From the NCBI GenBank assembly GCA_963675595.2, contig CAXXLZ010000001.1, forward strand, positions 1,408,001-1,472,000: a DNA stretch of 64,000 nt. Reading direction: 5' to 3'. Positions within the stretch are counted from its first letter, which is position 1; each line of letters begins with the position of its first letter. This DNA comes from Thermodesulfobacteriota bacterium. GTDB lineage: Bacteria; Desulfobacterota; Desulfarculia; JACQYL01. Below the pieces are notes generated by a model, which saw only the letters and a list, made by a program, of their open reading frames with translations, was not told where the DNA came from and searched no databases. The translations under genes and the position numbers were made by a program. This document shows, one piece after another, positions 48,074 through 61,051 of this stretch.

Positions 48074-50007
48074 AATTCATCCTCATGGTGACTCATTTGT
48101 ATATCCGTTGCATCCTCCATGGCCGCCTTCAAGCTTTCGAATTGCTTCTCGAGTTCGGGTAGGAGCCCCTCCACCTCGTCCAGGTTGCCCAGTTTAGCGG
48201 CTCGCTCCATTTGGAAAGCCGTTGCACGGACTTGCTCTCCGCCCACGCCGGCGGAGGCCCCCTTGATGCTGTGGGCAAGTCGCTCGCATTCCGAATGATC
48301 ACCACGCTCGAGTGAGGACTCAAGAGAACCGATCAGTGTGGGCATGTCGTTAAGGTATACCTCCACAATCGTATTCAAGATATCTTCGTCGTCCAGTAGG
48401 CGTCTCAACAGGTTCTTTCGGTCAAAGACCACATCGGATGGTCTAATCCTGTCTTTCTCGTTTTCCTTTTCCGGTGCCTTCTTTTCCATTGCGAGCCACT
48501 TGCCGAGTTTTTCCGCCAACTCGCGGCCGTTGATCGGTTTGGCAAGGTAGTCATCCATCCCCGCTTTCAGGCATTTCTCGCGATCGCCTTTCAAGGCGTG
48601 CGCCGTCATGGCAATAATGGGCACCTTATGATTGAGAACCGCGGAGCGAGGATTTCGAATGCGGCGTGCGGCTTCCAACCCGTCCATCACAGGCATCTGC
48701 ACGTCCATCAGGACCAGATCGTACGCGGTCCTTCCCAATGCCTGGAGGGCGTCGGCTCCATTCGCGGCCGTGTCGGCTTGAATCCCCAGCTTTCCAAGCA
48801 TGGCCAAGGCCACTTGCTGATTGGTGACGTTGTCTTCGGCAAGTAATACGCGCTTGTTCGCAAAGGCGGACATGGGGGGCGTTTCGATGTTGGAGCTCAA
48901 CAAGGGCTCTGGAGATTTCAACATCGCATCAGCATGACGACCCGCAAGAGCCCTCGAAAGCACTCCAATAAGTTCCTGATGACGCATCGGCTTGGTCAGG
49001 CACGCCGTAACCCCTATTTCCGCCAAGCTGGGACCGTCGAGCCGAATCCCCAAAGATGTGAGCATCACCATGGGAGTTCCGGAAATATTCCGGTCCCCTT
49101 TGACGGCTCTAGCCAAATCCTCACCATCCATGCCCGGCATCTGCATGTCGATTACCGCGAGCCGGAAAGGATCTCCCTCGCCCGCCGCGTGCAACAACCG
49201 CTCGATGGCCGTCGGACCGTCTTCGGCTTCCTGCGGACGCATCCCCCAAAAGGAAAGCCGTTTGGACAGCACTTCCCTGTTGGTCGCATTGTCGTCCACG
49301 ATCAACACCCGTACGTTCCGGAGATTCTTCGTTGAGTCCGATTCCAAACGCTCCTTGGCCGTCTGTTTGCCCAGACGAACGGTGAATTGAAACTCGGACC
49401 CTTGGCCTTCCCGGCTGTTGACTTCGATCCCGCCGCCCATCATTTCGGTCAGCTGTCTCGATATGGCCAAACCCAGACCGGTGCCGCCGAATCGCCGGGT
49501 GGTGGAGGCGTCCACTTGGCTGAACTTGTTGAACAGCAGCCCAAGCTTGTCTTCCGGAATACCGATGCCCGTATCTCGAACGGAAAAGCGCAATACGACC
49601 TCGTCATCGCTTCCAGTTTCCACGGAAACCATGACGGCCACTTCCCCGGAATGGGTGAACTTCACCGCGTTACCGGCCAAATTAACCAAGATCTGTCGGA
49701 GACGTCCCGGGTCACCCCGCAGCAACAAGGGTACTTGAGGATCGGCGCTGCATATCCATTCCAGTCCCTTCTCGTGAGCGCGCAACGCCATAGTAGCGGA
49801 GAAATCCTCCAGCAGATTCTCCAAACTGAAATCCAGTACCTCCAGTTCCAGTTTTCCCGCCTCGATCTTGGAGAAATCCAGGATGTCGTTGATGATGGCG
49901 AGAAGGGATTCGCCGCTGGAACGTACGGTCTCGGCATATCGACGCTGTTCCTCCGACAGGTCGGTATCCAGAAGAAGGTCCGTCATACCAATGACCCCGT
50001 TCATGGG

Positions 50008-51392
50008 CATAAGCGCTAACTTAAGCCTTTTGTTTTGGTGAGGTTTATGGTACCGTTGCCGCCAAAGGAGGTGGCAATGGAGCGTCTCGTTTTTTCCGAG
50101 GAAATGGAAGACTGGGAAGTTCTCCAGGGTTTTCTTCCCGATGGCTGGCAATCCAAAGCAAGGGAACTTGGTGCCGTTGTCAGATACCGTAAGTTCGTGG
50201 ACGCCGAAGGTCTGTTGCGAACGCTTCTGATCCATCTGGCGGAAGGTTGCTCACTTCGGCTGACGGCGGCCAAAGCCAGGTTCGGCAACATTACGTCGAT
50301 TTCCGACGTAGCTCTCCTAAAACGACTGAATAAATGCGGAGAGTGGTTTCGGTGGATGGCCTTAGGGGTCATGGAGAAATGGTTTCGAAAGCTGCCCGCC
50401 GTTGTTTTTGGAGAGAATTCACGCATCAGGTTGATCGATGCCTCCACCATTCAAGAACCTGGAAGTACCGGAACGACTTGGAGGGTCCATTATTCCATAC
50501 AATTGCCTTCGCTGCGCTGCGACGAAGTCTATGTAACAGACCCCAAGATCGGAGAATCCTTCACCAATTTCAAAGTCCATGGCGGTGAACTTCTTGTAGC
50601 GGATAGAGCCTATTGCACACCAAGAGGAATTCACCATGTCATAGACAACGGCGGCGACGTCCTGGTTCGAATGAAACACCGTGTCGCCATGGTGGACAAG
50701 CAAGGGGAACGATTCCAATTACTCCCTCATCTAAGGACGTTACGTGTAAATAAGCTTGGCGACTGGGATGCATTCGTTCCATTTGAACAACGCTTGGTTG
50801 CAGGTAGAATCTGTGCCATCAAGAAGAGCAAAGACGCCACTGAAAAAGCTCGTAAAGCGATAGAAAAAGAGGCGAGGAAAAAAGGTCGCCAAGTTACTCC
50901 GGACACCCTCGAAGCGGCGGCCTACATATTTGTTTTCACAACATTGGGCCGTGAAATCTCGCCCTCTCAGGTCCTCGAGATGTACCGAGGTCGATGGCAA
51001 ATTGAACTCGCTTTCAAGCGTCTAAAGTCCATTCTCGGTTTAGGCCATCTTAGAAAGACCGACATCGAAGGAGCCAAGGCCTGGATCCATGGGAAACTAC
51101 TGGTGGCTTTCTTAGTGGAGGCCATGATCGCCGCAGGCGAATCTTTTTTTCCCTGGGGATACCCACTCCAAAAAGAACCACCGTAGAAATCGATGCTTCT
51201 GGAGAGAGACCATGTTTATGTTACACCTGCTGAAACAAGCCGTGAACCCTAAACTCGGCTTGGCCGAATGCATTGCCGGCTGGGATAACATATCTTTTTA
51301 TTTGCGAGAACCGCCAAGGAAACGAGCACTTCAGCGGCTGATTCCTCAGACGGAAAGAAGCATAGCAAACAATGCTTAAGTTAGCGCTTATG
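50008..51392 (+). mobile_element. IS4-family insertion sequence (1385 bp)
   Basis: 19-bp perfect TIR CATAAGCGCTAACTTAAGC, with 11-bp TSD CCGTTCATGGG at 49997-50007 and 51393-51403. Confidence 0.95.
50035..51186 (+). CDS. IS4-family DDE transposase
   Basis: LIDAS, VADRAY and the YREK motif YRGRWQIELAFKRLKS. Confidence 0.93.
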   Translation: MVRFMVPLPPKEVAMERLVFSEEMEDWEVLQGFLPDGWQSKARELGAVVRYRKFVDAEGLLRTLLIHLAEGCSLRLTAAKARFGNITSISDVALLKRLNKCGEWFRWMALGVMEKWFRKLPAVVFGENSRIRLIDASTIQEPGSTGTTWRVHYSIQLPSLRCDEVYVTDPKIGESFTNFKVHGGELLVADRAYCTPRGIHHVIDNGGDVLVRMKHRVAMVDKQGERFQLLPHLRTLRVNKLGDWDAFVPFEQRLVAGRICAIKKSKDATEKARKAIEKEARKKGRQVTPDTLEAAAYIFVFTTLGREISPSQVLEMYRGRWQIELAFKRLKSILGLGHLRKTDIEGAKAWIHGKLLVAFLVEAMIAAGESFFPWGYPLQKEPP

Positions 51393-54300
51393 CCGTTCAT
51401 GGGGGTACGGATTTCATGGCTCATGTTGGCCAGAAATTCGCTCTTGGCGATATTGGCCATTTCGGCCTGAAGGGCCATTTCATTGGCGCGGGCGGTGGCT
51501 TCTTCCAGTTGTCGATTGGATTCCAGCAGTTCTTCTTCGGCCCGTTTACGCTCCGTGATATCACGCCCCGTGGACTGGAATTCAACCACCCGTTCACCCT
51601 CGTCGATAATGACCGTGTCCGTCCACTCCTGCCACATACGGGTACCATCCTGCCGAAAGGACTCATGCACGTATACATGGGTGGGATTCCCACCGTGTAG
51701 CTTGGCGAGAGCCTTGAGAATCGGTGCATGGTCCTCGGTCGGCACGAATTGCAGAAACTTCCGCCCCACCAATTCGTCGGGCCGCCGCTCGAAACACCGG
51801 GCATAGGCTTCGTTCACAAAGGTCAGCGTGGTATCCGGGAGGAAGCGACAGATCATCTCCTTCTGGGTTTCCACTACAGAGGCCAGCATTTGCTCGTTCA
51901 CCATCAGAGCTTCCTCGGCAGCCTTGCGGTCGGTGATGTCCCGGGCGACCGCGTAGATCGTTGTTCCAATCGGCTTGGAGCGCCATTCGATCCAACGATA
52001 GGAGCCGTCATTTCGGCGATAGCGGTTCTCGAATTTTTGCACCTCTTCCTGGTTCACCAGTCGGCTTATGGCGCCGAGAGTGTCTTCCATATCGTCGGGG
52101 TGGACATAATCCAGGAAAACGGTCCCCTCAAGTTCCTCAACGGAGTAACCGAGCACAAGCTCCCATTCCGGGTTCAGCCGAATGAAACGGCCCTTGGTAT
52201 CGGCAATGCACAACAAGTCCAGGCTCGAATTGAAATAGCGGTCCAATTCGTCCTTTTGGGCCTGCAATTCGTCCCGCGTCCGTTTGCGCTCCGTAACATC
52301 GCGCAAGACCCCTACCGCATGCCACCCGTCGGACTGCTTCATGGCCGAGAGGGACAGTTCCACGGGCACTTCTCCGCCGTCCTTGAGCCGCGCCTGCAGA
52401 TCCACAATCTTTCCCACGTCAGGGCCTTCACCCGTCTCACGGAAACGGGCGAATCCTTCCCGATGCCTGGAACGATAACGTTCCGGCATTAGAAGATCGT
52501 GCAGGTCGGCGCCCATAGCCTCATCCCGACCGTATCCGAAAATACGCTCCGCCGCCGGGTTCCAGAACGAGATGTTCCCATCGGGGCTCATCATCACGAT
52601 CGCGTCCTGGGCCGCTTCCGTGATGGCCCTCATTCGAGTTTCACCGGCCCTCAACTCCTCCTCAACTCTTTTTCGCTCCGTAATATCCGAAATCACACCG
52701 ACAATGCCGGTGACCTTGCCTGCATCGTCCGAGATTGCAGCCTTATGGAAGATTACATCCTTGGCAAATCCTTGCTTGCTTATGATTCTTGTCTCATAGT
52801 GCTGCCTTCCTCCCGCTGCCAGCAGCTCTTTATCTCTTCTAAAATATTCATCGGCAAAGTTGGATGGATACAGGTCATAGACTGTTTTGCCTAATATTTC
52901 CTTAAGGTCTCTACCCAAAAACTCCTCAAATACCTTGTTGCAACCCGTATACAGGCCGTCGGAGTCCTTGTAGAACACTGGGCTGGAAATGGTTTGCAGT
53001 AAGGTATCTCTGAATTTCAGCTCCCTGTACAACGCTTCATGCGCACGTTTACGTTCGGTTACGTCAATGGAAATGCCGACAAATCTATGAACACTCCCGT
53101 CCTCGCCGATGATCGGTGAAAGGAGCACCCAAAAACTAATCATGCTCAGATCGAGCTTGAGGAATTCCGCCTCGAAGGAATTTTTTTCACCCTGGAGCAC
53201 CTTGGTCACGGCATCCTGAACAACGGGCCTGGATGAATCGGGCCAAACCTCCGAGAATCGAATCCCGATAATTTCTCTCTCGGATCGGCCGGTGGCTTTC
53301 AGACCGGAGGCATTGATGGACAGGTACCGCCCCTCTTCATCAAACAGGCTCACGCTGTTGGGAGAACTCTCCACCAATATTCGAAATCGTTCCTCGCTTC
53401 CTCTTAGCTCGCAGGTACGTTCCGCGACTAGACGCTCAAGGCTCCTGCGATGATTCAGGACCAAGCCGACCAAAGACCCCAGCGCCAAAGAGAGCAGGAA
53501 CCCCACGGAAGCCACCGTCCATCCGGCTCTTTCACGATTCAGGCGGAGGAATTTTTCTCCGGGAGAGACGGTTACGGCAAGAACTTTGCCAAAGGTGAAG
53601 ATGGGAAGCAGTTTTGCGTTCGTCTCGACTGAAGAGGTGTCAGCGCTGCCTGCACAGTGGAGAACTTCCGTCCCGGCGTCCTTCCGCAGGAGGCAGATAT
53701 TCATGGCCACGGAGTCATCCGGCGCCGCACTTTTCAGCAGAGTCTCCAACTGCAAAACGGCAAGGACGAATCCTGTCAGCCTTTCGGGCGCCGACTTGCC
53801 GAAAACCGGCTGGAACACCAGCATTGCTTGTGGGCCGGCGGATTCCTGAACCAAGGTGATAGGGGCCGTGGCGGTGGCCAAACCGGTCCCGGCCGACTCT
53901 TCCAGGGCGGCTTTCCGCAGTGGTTCCGACCCAAGGTCGTAGCCCACCGCCGCGTCGTTGCCGACCATTGGGTGGACCCACAGAACCGGGTAGTAACGTT
54001 CTCTATTGGTTGCCGGAACCCGCATACCCAGGTCGTCCCTTTGCCAAATTTCGAACCCCGACAAACCCGCCGAACGAGCCCGCTTCTCAAAACCGTCCCT
54101 ATCCTCTGCCGGCACCTCCGGAATCCATTCCCAAGCCCTTACCGAGGCATCCTTGGTGAGATAGGAAGCATACTCCCCAAACTCCTTGAGGTTCACGATG
54201 CTGCTGGCCGAATAGAAGTGCGCCAAACCTTCGAGTTCCCTGTCCCGCAGGTTCCGAAGGTTTTCGGCAATGATCCCCACGCGCCCGGATGCCAATTGCG

Positions 54301-55446
54301 CAAAAGCCTTGTCTCTTTCACGGACTTCCTGTCCATGAATCAATCGGGCGACAAAAATCGTCAGCACCAATCCCACCGCCACAATGGCCGCAGCCTCGAT
54401 GTGCCGCATCCGGTTCGACGGCTGTAAATCATCCCGAGATCTGCGCAACCGCAGATTCCAGGCCGCCATAAGGATTGCGACCAGTACCCCGGTGAGCAAC
54501 AACGGAGAAACCGCAGCCTTGAACAAGCTGCGGTTCCACTCGCCTGCATCGAAATCCATGGCAAGCACGGCGGTCACGGAGTTGGTGAACCTGTCCGGAA
54601 GCGGTGCGGCGCCGCTGACGAAGCGGCCCCATTGGTCTTCATACGGCCCGGCCGCAGTGGGAGCTTTCGTATCGAATACACGGGAGAACTCCTGAGGCGC
54701 ATCCTGGTAGACCATGCCTGCGGGTGCCTCATCCTCGTCCCCGACCGGTACGTCGTCCACGAAAAAGAAGAGCTCCCCGTTGGCCTTACGCCCTATAAGA
54801 TAGACAAAACGGCATCCCGGCAGGGATGCTCGAAGCACGCCAAATTGCTCCTTCAGCCGGAGATAATAGGGATTGGAAACATCCGACTCGGTGCCCGAGA
54901 GCTTGGCGATCTGCTCGATGTTCAATGCCCCGGCCACGAACCGGGTGCGCTCGACCAATTCATCTCGCATCTCCCGATCCGCCTGCGCCACCACCCACCA
55001 CGTCAAAGAAGCACCGGTGGAGACGGTGATTACAAGCAGCAATGCGAACAGCCAAGCATTGCGCTCGGACTGGGGAAGTTCTGTCGGTCCGGACCCGTTC
55101 ATGCGAAATCAACCTCTTGACGAGTTCGCAAAATCACTTTTGGCTCATGAGGAACCCAATGAAAGCATTAGGTTAAGCACGACAAAACAGGCCTTTTGGT
55201 TTTTTTGCGGAACCGTCAATCTCTTGAGATGATACCTTCTTTGGCAGCCTCGTAGATAGCTGTCGATGATTTATTTCGATTCAGTGAGCCGGCTGTTGCG
55301 ATAGGCGAAAAGCAAGCATTCAACCATAGGCCATAGATTGGTAACGGCTTTAATTATTATCTGTTGGAAATAGATATCCTCCAATTTTTAACAGGCTTCA
55401 AATAATCTCAAAAAACGTATTTATCTGAATGACTATTAGAGATATC

Positions 55447-55647
55447 TTATCTATTAAATATGGTCCCAATCGGAAGCATGTCGTCAGATGGTGGTTTTCC
55501 ATGTTTAGCTCGATACTCTTTTCTTTTACACTCGTCTTGCTTGGGTCCTTTGCAGTACTTGGCAATCAAACCCTTGCACGCGGCTTCGTGTGAATTCATG
55601 TATTTATTGAAGAAACCACACTTTGGCAACAATTCACATTCCTTCAT
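55447..55647 (-). CDS. Small Cys-rich hypothetical protein
   Basis: C.....C.FF...YC.G....CKR.......P...LP.G pattern in an AT-rich context. Confidence 0.65.
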   Translation of the reverse strand: MKECELLPKCGFFNKYMNSHEAACKGLIAKYCKGPKQDECKRKEYRAKHGKPPSDDMLPIGTIFNR

Positions 55648-55770
55648 ATCTTATTCCTATCTGTACTAAATTAGTTTGTTACAAATAAATAGTAGTTTTG
55701 ACAAAAAATATTCTTTATTAGACAATAAACAAAGGACAACCCATTATAGCATGGGGTTCATCCAAAATAG

Positions 55771-55806
55771 GAAGGCGTGGTGACAGCATAGCGACACCAC
55801 GCCTTC
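55771..55806. repeat. 12-bp inverted repeat (possible terminator/regulatory hairpin)
   Basis: GAAGGCGTGGTG-N12-CACCACGCCTTC. Confidence 0.6.
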
Positions 55807-58800
55807 ATTCGATTATCATGGTATCCCAGGTTTTCTTTCATTGGTTTCTATCCGAAATCCGGGTGCCATAACAGACCATTGTGCGTTAGCCCGAAGTGGG
55901 CAATACCTGAGGCATACGATCCTTATTCTATCCCAAATTCGATTGGAAAAAGCGATGTAGGGCTCTTGAAAACAGTCGATACGCCGATGAAATGATAGGG
56001 GAATTGACTTAGGGTTTTTCTGGAAAGAAGAGATGTGAGTTCATTTCAGGATATTGCCTATTGGTTTGGTGTGGATTCGTTCCCTTGTGTCTGACGAGAT
56101 CCGAGACGCTCAATAGACGGTTGAGCGCCGCGGATCACACGCGGTTGAAACCGACGAGCCGATGACTCGGTTCGGTTTGTCGTGTTTTCTTTGCTACGGA
56201 CTTCCGACATGCGGCAATGAGACTCTGAGAGGAATCCAGACCCTCCAGAGCAGTGCAACTCAGGCTTCCTGATCCAAAACCGCCCGCACCTTCTCCAGCA
56301 ACCCGAGCATTTGAAAAGGCTTGCTGATAAAGGCGGACGCCCCGCTTTCCAGGGTCTTTTTGAGTTGAGCATCAATGGAATAACCGCTTGAAATCATGAT
56401 TTTTACTGCCGAATCAAGTCGCAACAGTTCTTTGAGACACCTGTGCCCTCCCATACCGGGCATGCCAAGGTCCAAGATGACCAAACTGATCTCATCGGAT
56501 CTTGCGGAATAGACCTCCAAGGCTTCCTCACCGCTGGAAGCGCTTAGGACCGAATATCCAAATCGACCGAGAATTTGGGAGATCACATCCCTCACGGATT
56601 TGTCATCATCAACCAGGAGAATTGTCTCCGTTCCCTCCATGCGTATCGGGATGTCGGGGCTTCGATCCGTAGGGGGGTCAAACTCCTCATTAGCGGGGAA
56701 GAAGACCCTGAAGATCGTTCCATGCCCGACCTCACTACGGCAATCTATGTGGCCGCCGTGGTTTTTCACGATGCCGTATACCGAAGCCAACCCGAGACCG
56801 GTTCCCTTGCCGATTTCTTTGGTGGTGAAAAACGGTTCAAAGATGTGTTCGATGGTCTCTTGATCCATGCCTAGGCCTGTGTCGGAAACGGTTAGAAGAA
56901 CGTAATTTCCGGGGTTCACACCGGCATGGCTGTTGGGCTTCTCCTCTTCAACAACCGTATTTTCAGTTCTGATTACCAGCCTTCCACCGTCAGGCATAGC
57001 ATCGGCTGCATTCGTTCCAAGATTCAATATGATTTGCTTGATTTGCGAAGAATCAGCAATAATAGGCCAAAGTCCCCTTCCAAAATTCACCTCGATACTG
57101 ATCATCTTTGGTATGGTTCGCTGCAGCATATTCACACATTGTTCTATTTCCATATTAATATCGATGGGTTTCTTTTCTGTTTCAGCTTTTCGACTGAATA
57201 AAAGTAATTTCCTTACGAGGTCAATAGCGCTTTCGCATGCTCTTTCGATACCATGCAGATTTGAAAAAACCGGGCTATGTTCCCCTATTTCCATGAACAT
57301 GAGCTCCGTATAGCCCGAAATTACTTGGAGTGTGTTGTTGAAGTCATGGGCGATACCCCCTGCCATTACGCCGATGGACTCCATCTTTTGTGATTGGCGA
57401 AGTTGCTTCTCCAATTCAGCTTTTTCCTTCTCAATTCGTCGACGTTCCGTGATATCACGGCCCACCCCACTAATGAATGGATATTTTCCTTCCTGTTCCA
57501 CAAGGATGTTTCGATACTCGACCAAATGCTCTTCCTTATTTATGTCCTCAAATATGACTACACCATCCGATCTCCTATGTTCGTTCAATTCTTTCATATA
57601 TTCTTCTCGGAATAATGATCGAGTTCTGGGTGATATGAAATCACTAACTTGGCGACCGATCATTTTTTCCTCTGAGTATCCGAGGAGCTTGGTTACTTCG
57701 GGATTAACCTTGAGCAAGCGCCCTCTGAGGTCGTGAACTATGATCAGATCGTTGATATTCTCGAATAGAACCCGATAGCGATTTTCCGATTCTCTTAGCG
57801 ACTCTTCCGCCATTCTGCGAACAACGGTCTCCCAGGCAAAATCCGCGAGTTGCTGAACCGTTTCAAGATCGTTTTGGTCGTAGTCGGTCTTTTTGTTGCC
57901 GACACCGAGGACCGCCACGAGCTGGTCTCCTCGAATGACAGGGACGACAAGTTCTCGATCGATCGGTGGATGCCCTTCGGGGAGTCCTTTCTTATGATGC
58001 AGACTTGGATAATTGTTGTGAATCACGGGCCTGCGCTCACGTACACAGTCAACCCAGACACCGGCTTTGGAGATGGGGTAATGGAGTCCGACGAGTTCCG
58101 CGCAGTCTCTTCTATTCAGCGTATTCGTCGACCATGCCTGGAGTGAAAGCGTTTCTTGATCACTCTCCACGAAGTGATAAAATCCGATATCGCTCTTAGT
58201 GAGCACTTCGGCTTCATCCAGGAATTTTTCGAGCAATTCCTTGATGGAGTGGTTGGCGGAAAACTCAACAAGCCTCAATTGTGCCGCCTGAACCCGCTCT
58301 TTGCGCTTGCGATCCCCAATGTTTCGGGCGGTATGAACGGCGCCGACGACTTGACCATCGGAATCAAGGAGTGGAGAGACCGAGATCAGAAAGTCTCCGC
58401 CCAGACCTTCTTCGAATATTTCAGCTGTCTGCTCCCGACCCTCAATCAGCAACCTTGAGTGTGGACAAAACCAGGGAGGTTCCGCGGTCCCATGCACAAC
58501 GGTGTAACAGTTCAGCCCTACCACCCCTTGTGGTGTAACTCCCAATGCATCGGCCATTGCTTGGTTGGCCCGAACGATTTTGTGTTGTTTGTCCAGGACG
58601 ATCATGGGATCCGATACGGCATTGAAAGTCCGCTCCCATTCCTCTTTTGCCCGGATAATTTCGTTTTCCGCCCGCTTGCGTTCGGTGATGTCAATGAGCG
58701 TGCTCAACATGCCGGTCACCTTCCCGTCGGAATCGGTGAGCGGTCTGGAATTGTTCAACACGGTTATGATCCCGCCGTCCTTACGTTTCAATTGATGTTC

Positions 58801-59175
58801 GTAATTCACCAACCGTTCTCCCTCAAGAAGCCGGCTGTGAGCGGGCAGCACAGATTTCGGATCCGCATCCACATCCGGAATACTCATGTTGAGCAGCTCT
58901 TTCAGGGAATAGCCAAGCAAATCAAGTCCCGCTTGATTCGAGTCGAGAAATCGCTTCTCGGTATCAAATGCATAAACAGCCGCGACGGAATCGTTGAATA
59001 TCCCACGATACTTTTCTTCACTCTCCTTCAGCGCCCTCTCGACGCGCTTGCGCTCGGTAACGTCGAGAATGATTGAGACGAAAAGGGGAATGTCGCCCTC
59101 TATCAGTTGTAGATGCACCTCCACGGGATACCGCGACCCATCCTTACGGCGGTGAACTGTATTGAAAACAATCTT

Positions 59176-61051
59176 GATGAGTTCGTAAAAACCTCTCCGT
59201 AAAGGTATCTAGTTGAAAATATGAATAAAAATGGCATTTATGGGTTGACCTTTCTTTTGGGTCCTGTATGATAAGTATCTGACTTGATTAATAATATGGT
59301 CCTTAGGGGGGTTGTTTTGTTTCGGCCTAAGAGAACGCAAAAGACCATTTTCGACCACGATATTTGCCTTCCCGCAGACAGGATCGAGGCGTTGGAGAAG
59401 ACGTGGGCCGGTCCGTTCCGGCGCCTGGTGCTTCCCATGATCGATGAGGAGTCTTTCCGGCCTTTCTACTGTGAGGACAACGGCAGGCCCAACAGACCCG
59501 TGGCCATCCTTGTCGGAGCGTGTGTTTTGAAGGAAATGAACAGCCTGACCGATGCGGAAGTCTTGGGCGCTCTGGACTTCGATCTGCGTTGGCAATATGC
59601 CTTCAACATCAACGCCTTTGAATCTCACGTCTGCCAGAAGACCCTGCACAATTTCCGGACCTTGATTACCGACAACAAGCAAGCGCGGAGCCTCTTTACC
59701 GGAATCACGGACGCCATCATCGAGACGGCGGCCCTTAGCACGGACAAACAGCGGTTGGACTCCACACAGATCACTTCCAACATGGCTCATCTGAGCCGTC
59801 TGGGGCTCTTTACGCGCACCATCGAGGCGTTCTTGAAACGGCTCCATAAGAAACATCCCAAGTTGTATGAGAAACTGCCCCGACTTTACGACAAGGCCTA
59901 CTTGAAGCGCGCAGGCTATTTTGCCGATGCAAAATCATCGCGGGCCAAGCGTCGTCTGGACAAGTCCGCCCGCCATCTCGCCGACCTGGTGGACCGCTTC
60001 CGAGGTCATCCGGAAATCAGCCGAATGAAAGAATACCGGCTGATGGCCCGACTACTGTCGGAGCAATGCCGTTTCACCGAGGGAGATCCCGACAAAACAG
60101 AACTCGAGAAGCCCAAGGAAATCCCTGCGGACTCCCTGCAGAATCCTTCGGATCCCGACGCCACCTATGGGCGCAAGGGCAAAGGATATAAGGCTTCCCT
60201 CACGGAGACCTGCGTGAAGGAAAATCCCTTCCAGGTGATCACCGATGTGGACGTGGCCCCTTCCTATGACAGCGACCAGAAAGACGTGATGCCCGTTATC
60301 GAACGCCTGGAGGAAACGGGCCGCAAACCCGAAGAGTTGTTCGCCGACGCAGGCTACGGCAGCGGCGAGAACATCCTTCAAGCTCACGAGCACGGAGTCG
60401 AGCTTACCGCTCCGGTGACTTGCGGAAAAGCGCCGGATCTCAATAAGATGCAGTTGAGTGACTTTGAAACGAACGAGGACTGCACCCAGGTCGTTTACTG
60501 TATCCGGGGGCACGCGCCACTTGAATGCAAGATCGTTGACCGCGGCAAAGCGGTGGAAGCCGTGTTTTCCCGCGAGCACTGTCTCCTATGCGAATTTCTC
60601 CCCATCTGTCCGGTAAAACGGATCAAGGGCGGAAATTATCGACTGAAGTACAAGCGCAAGGACATGGCGACCTCCAAGCGCAGACTACAGCAGGAAAGCC
60701 ATGATTTCAAAGAACGCTACAAAATCCGGTCCGGCATCGAGGCCACCATCTCCGAAGCGGATCGGGTCACGGGATTGAAACGATCGTGGACCCGAGGCAA
60801 AAAACGGGTCACCTTATCTGTTTTCATGAAGGCCCTGGCCATCAACATCAAGAGGTTCGTCCAGAGCCGCCTTGATAAGGCCAAGAAGGCCCTTTCCAAC
60901 TCGATAGAGGGAGGCAGCAACGATAATTTCCGTCGTCTTTGTAGCCTATGTCACGATGACAGTAACCTTGGCAGTGTTGCAATGGCCGCTTGAACTTCCA
61001 ATGCTCCAAAAAACAGCCCTGTTCGTAAAGGGGGGTTCTTACGACGGCATC
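59176..61051 (+). mobile_element. Insertion sequence (1876 bp), IS1182/IS5-like
   Basis: Imperfect TIRs GATGAGTTCGTAAAAACC / GATGCCGTCGTAAGAACC, with 6-bp TSD AATCTT at 59170-59175 and 61052-61057. Confidence 0.9.
59317..60993 (+). CDS. DDE transposase (IS1182/IS5-like)
   Basis: NGRP, RLDST, SLQNPSDPDATY..K..GYK, LFADAGY and YK.RSGIEAT.SE. Confidence 0.9.
   Translation: MFRPKRTQKTIFDHDICLPADRIEALEKTWAGPFRRLVLPMIDEESFRPFYCEDNGRPNRPVAILVGACVLKEMNSLTDAEVLGALDFDLRWQYAFNINAFESHVCQKTLHNFRTLITDNKQARSLFTGITDAIIETAALSTDKQRLDSTQITSNMAHLSRLGLFTRTIEAFLKRLHKKHPKLYEKLPRLYDKAYLKRAGYFADAKSSRAKRRLDKSARHLADLVDRFRGHPEISRMKEYRLMARLLSEQCRFTEGDPDKTELEKPKEIPADSLQNPSDPDATYGRKGKGYKASLTETCVKENPFQVITDVDVAPSYDSDQKDVMPVIERLEETGRKPEELFADAGYGSGENILQAHEHGVELTAPVTCGKAPDLNKMQLSDFETNEDCTQVVYCIRGHAPLECKIVDRGKAVEAVFSREHCLLCEFLPICPVKRIKGGNYRLKYKRKDMATSKRRLQQESHDFKERYKIRSGIEATISEADRVTGLKRSWTRGKKRVTLSVFMKALAINIKRFVQSRLDKAKKALSNSIEGGSNDNFRRLCSLCHDDSNLGSVAMAA

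Larger units (their letters stand above)
48070..55102 (-). pseudogene. CHASE/PAS hybrid histidine kinase (HisKA-HATPase-REC-REC-Hpt) disrupted by an IS4-family element
   Basis: Removing 50008..51392 plus one 11-bp TSD restores [23 protein letters not shown] in a 1878 aa frame. CHASE motif GYDLGSEP.R..AL and Hpt LAHSIKGASA are present. Confidence 0.92.

Noticed and set aside
48070-50235. 721 aa ORF as an independent kinase gene
   Set aside because: Its N-terminal ~76 codons are antisense IS sequence; it is the 3' half of the IS-split kinase.
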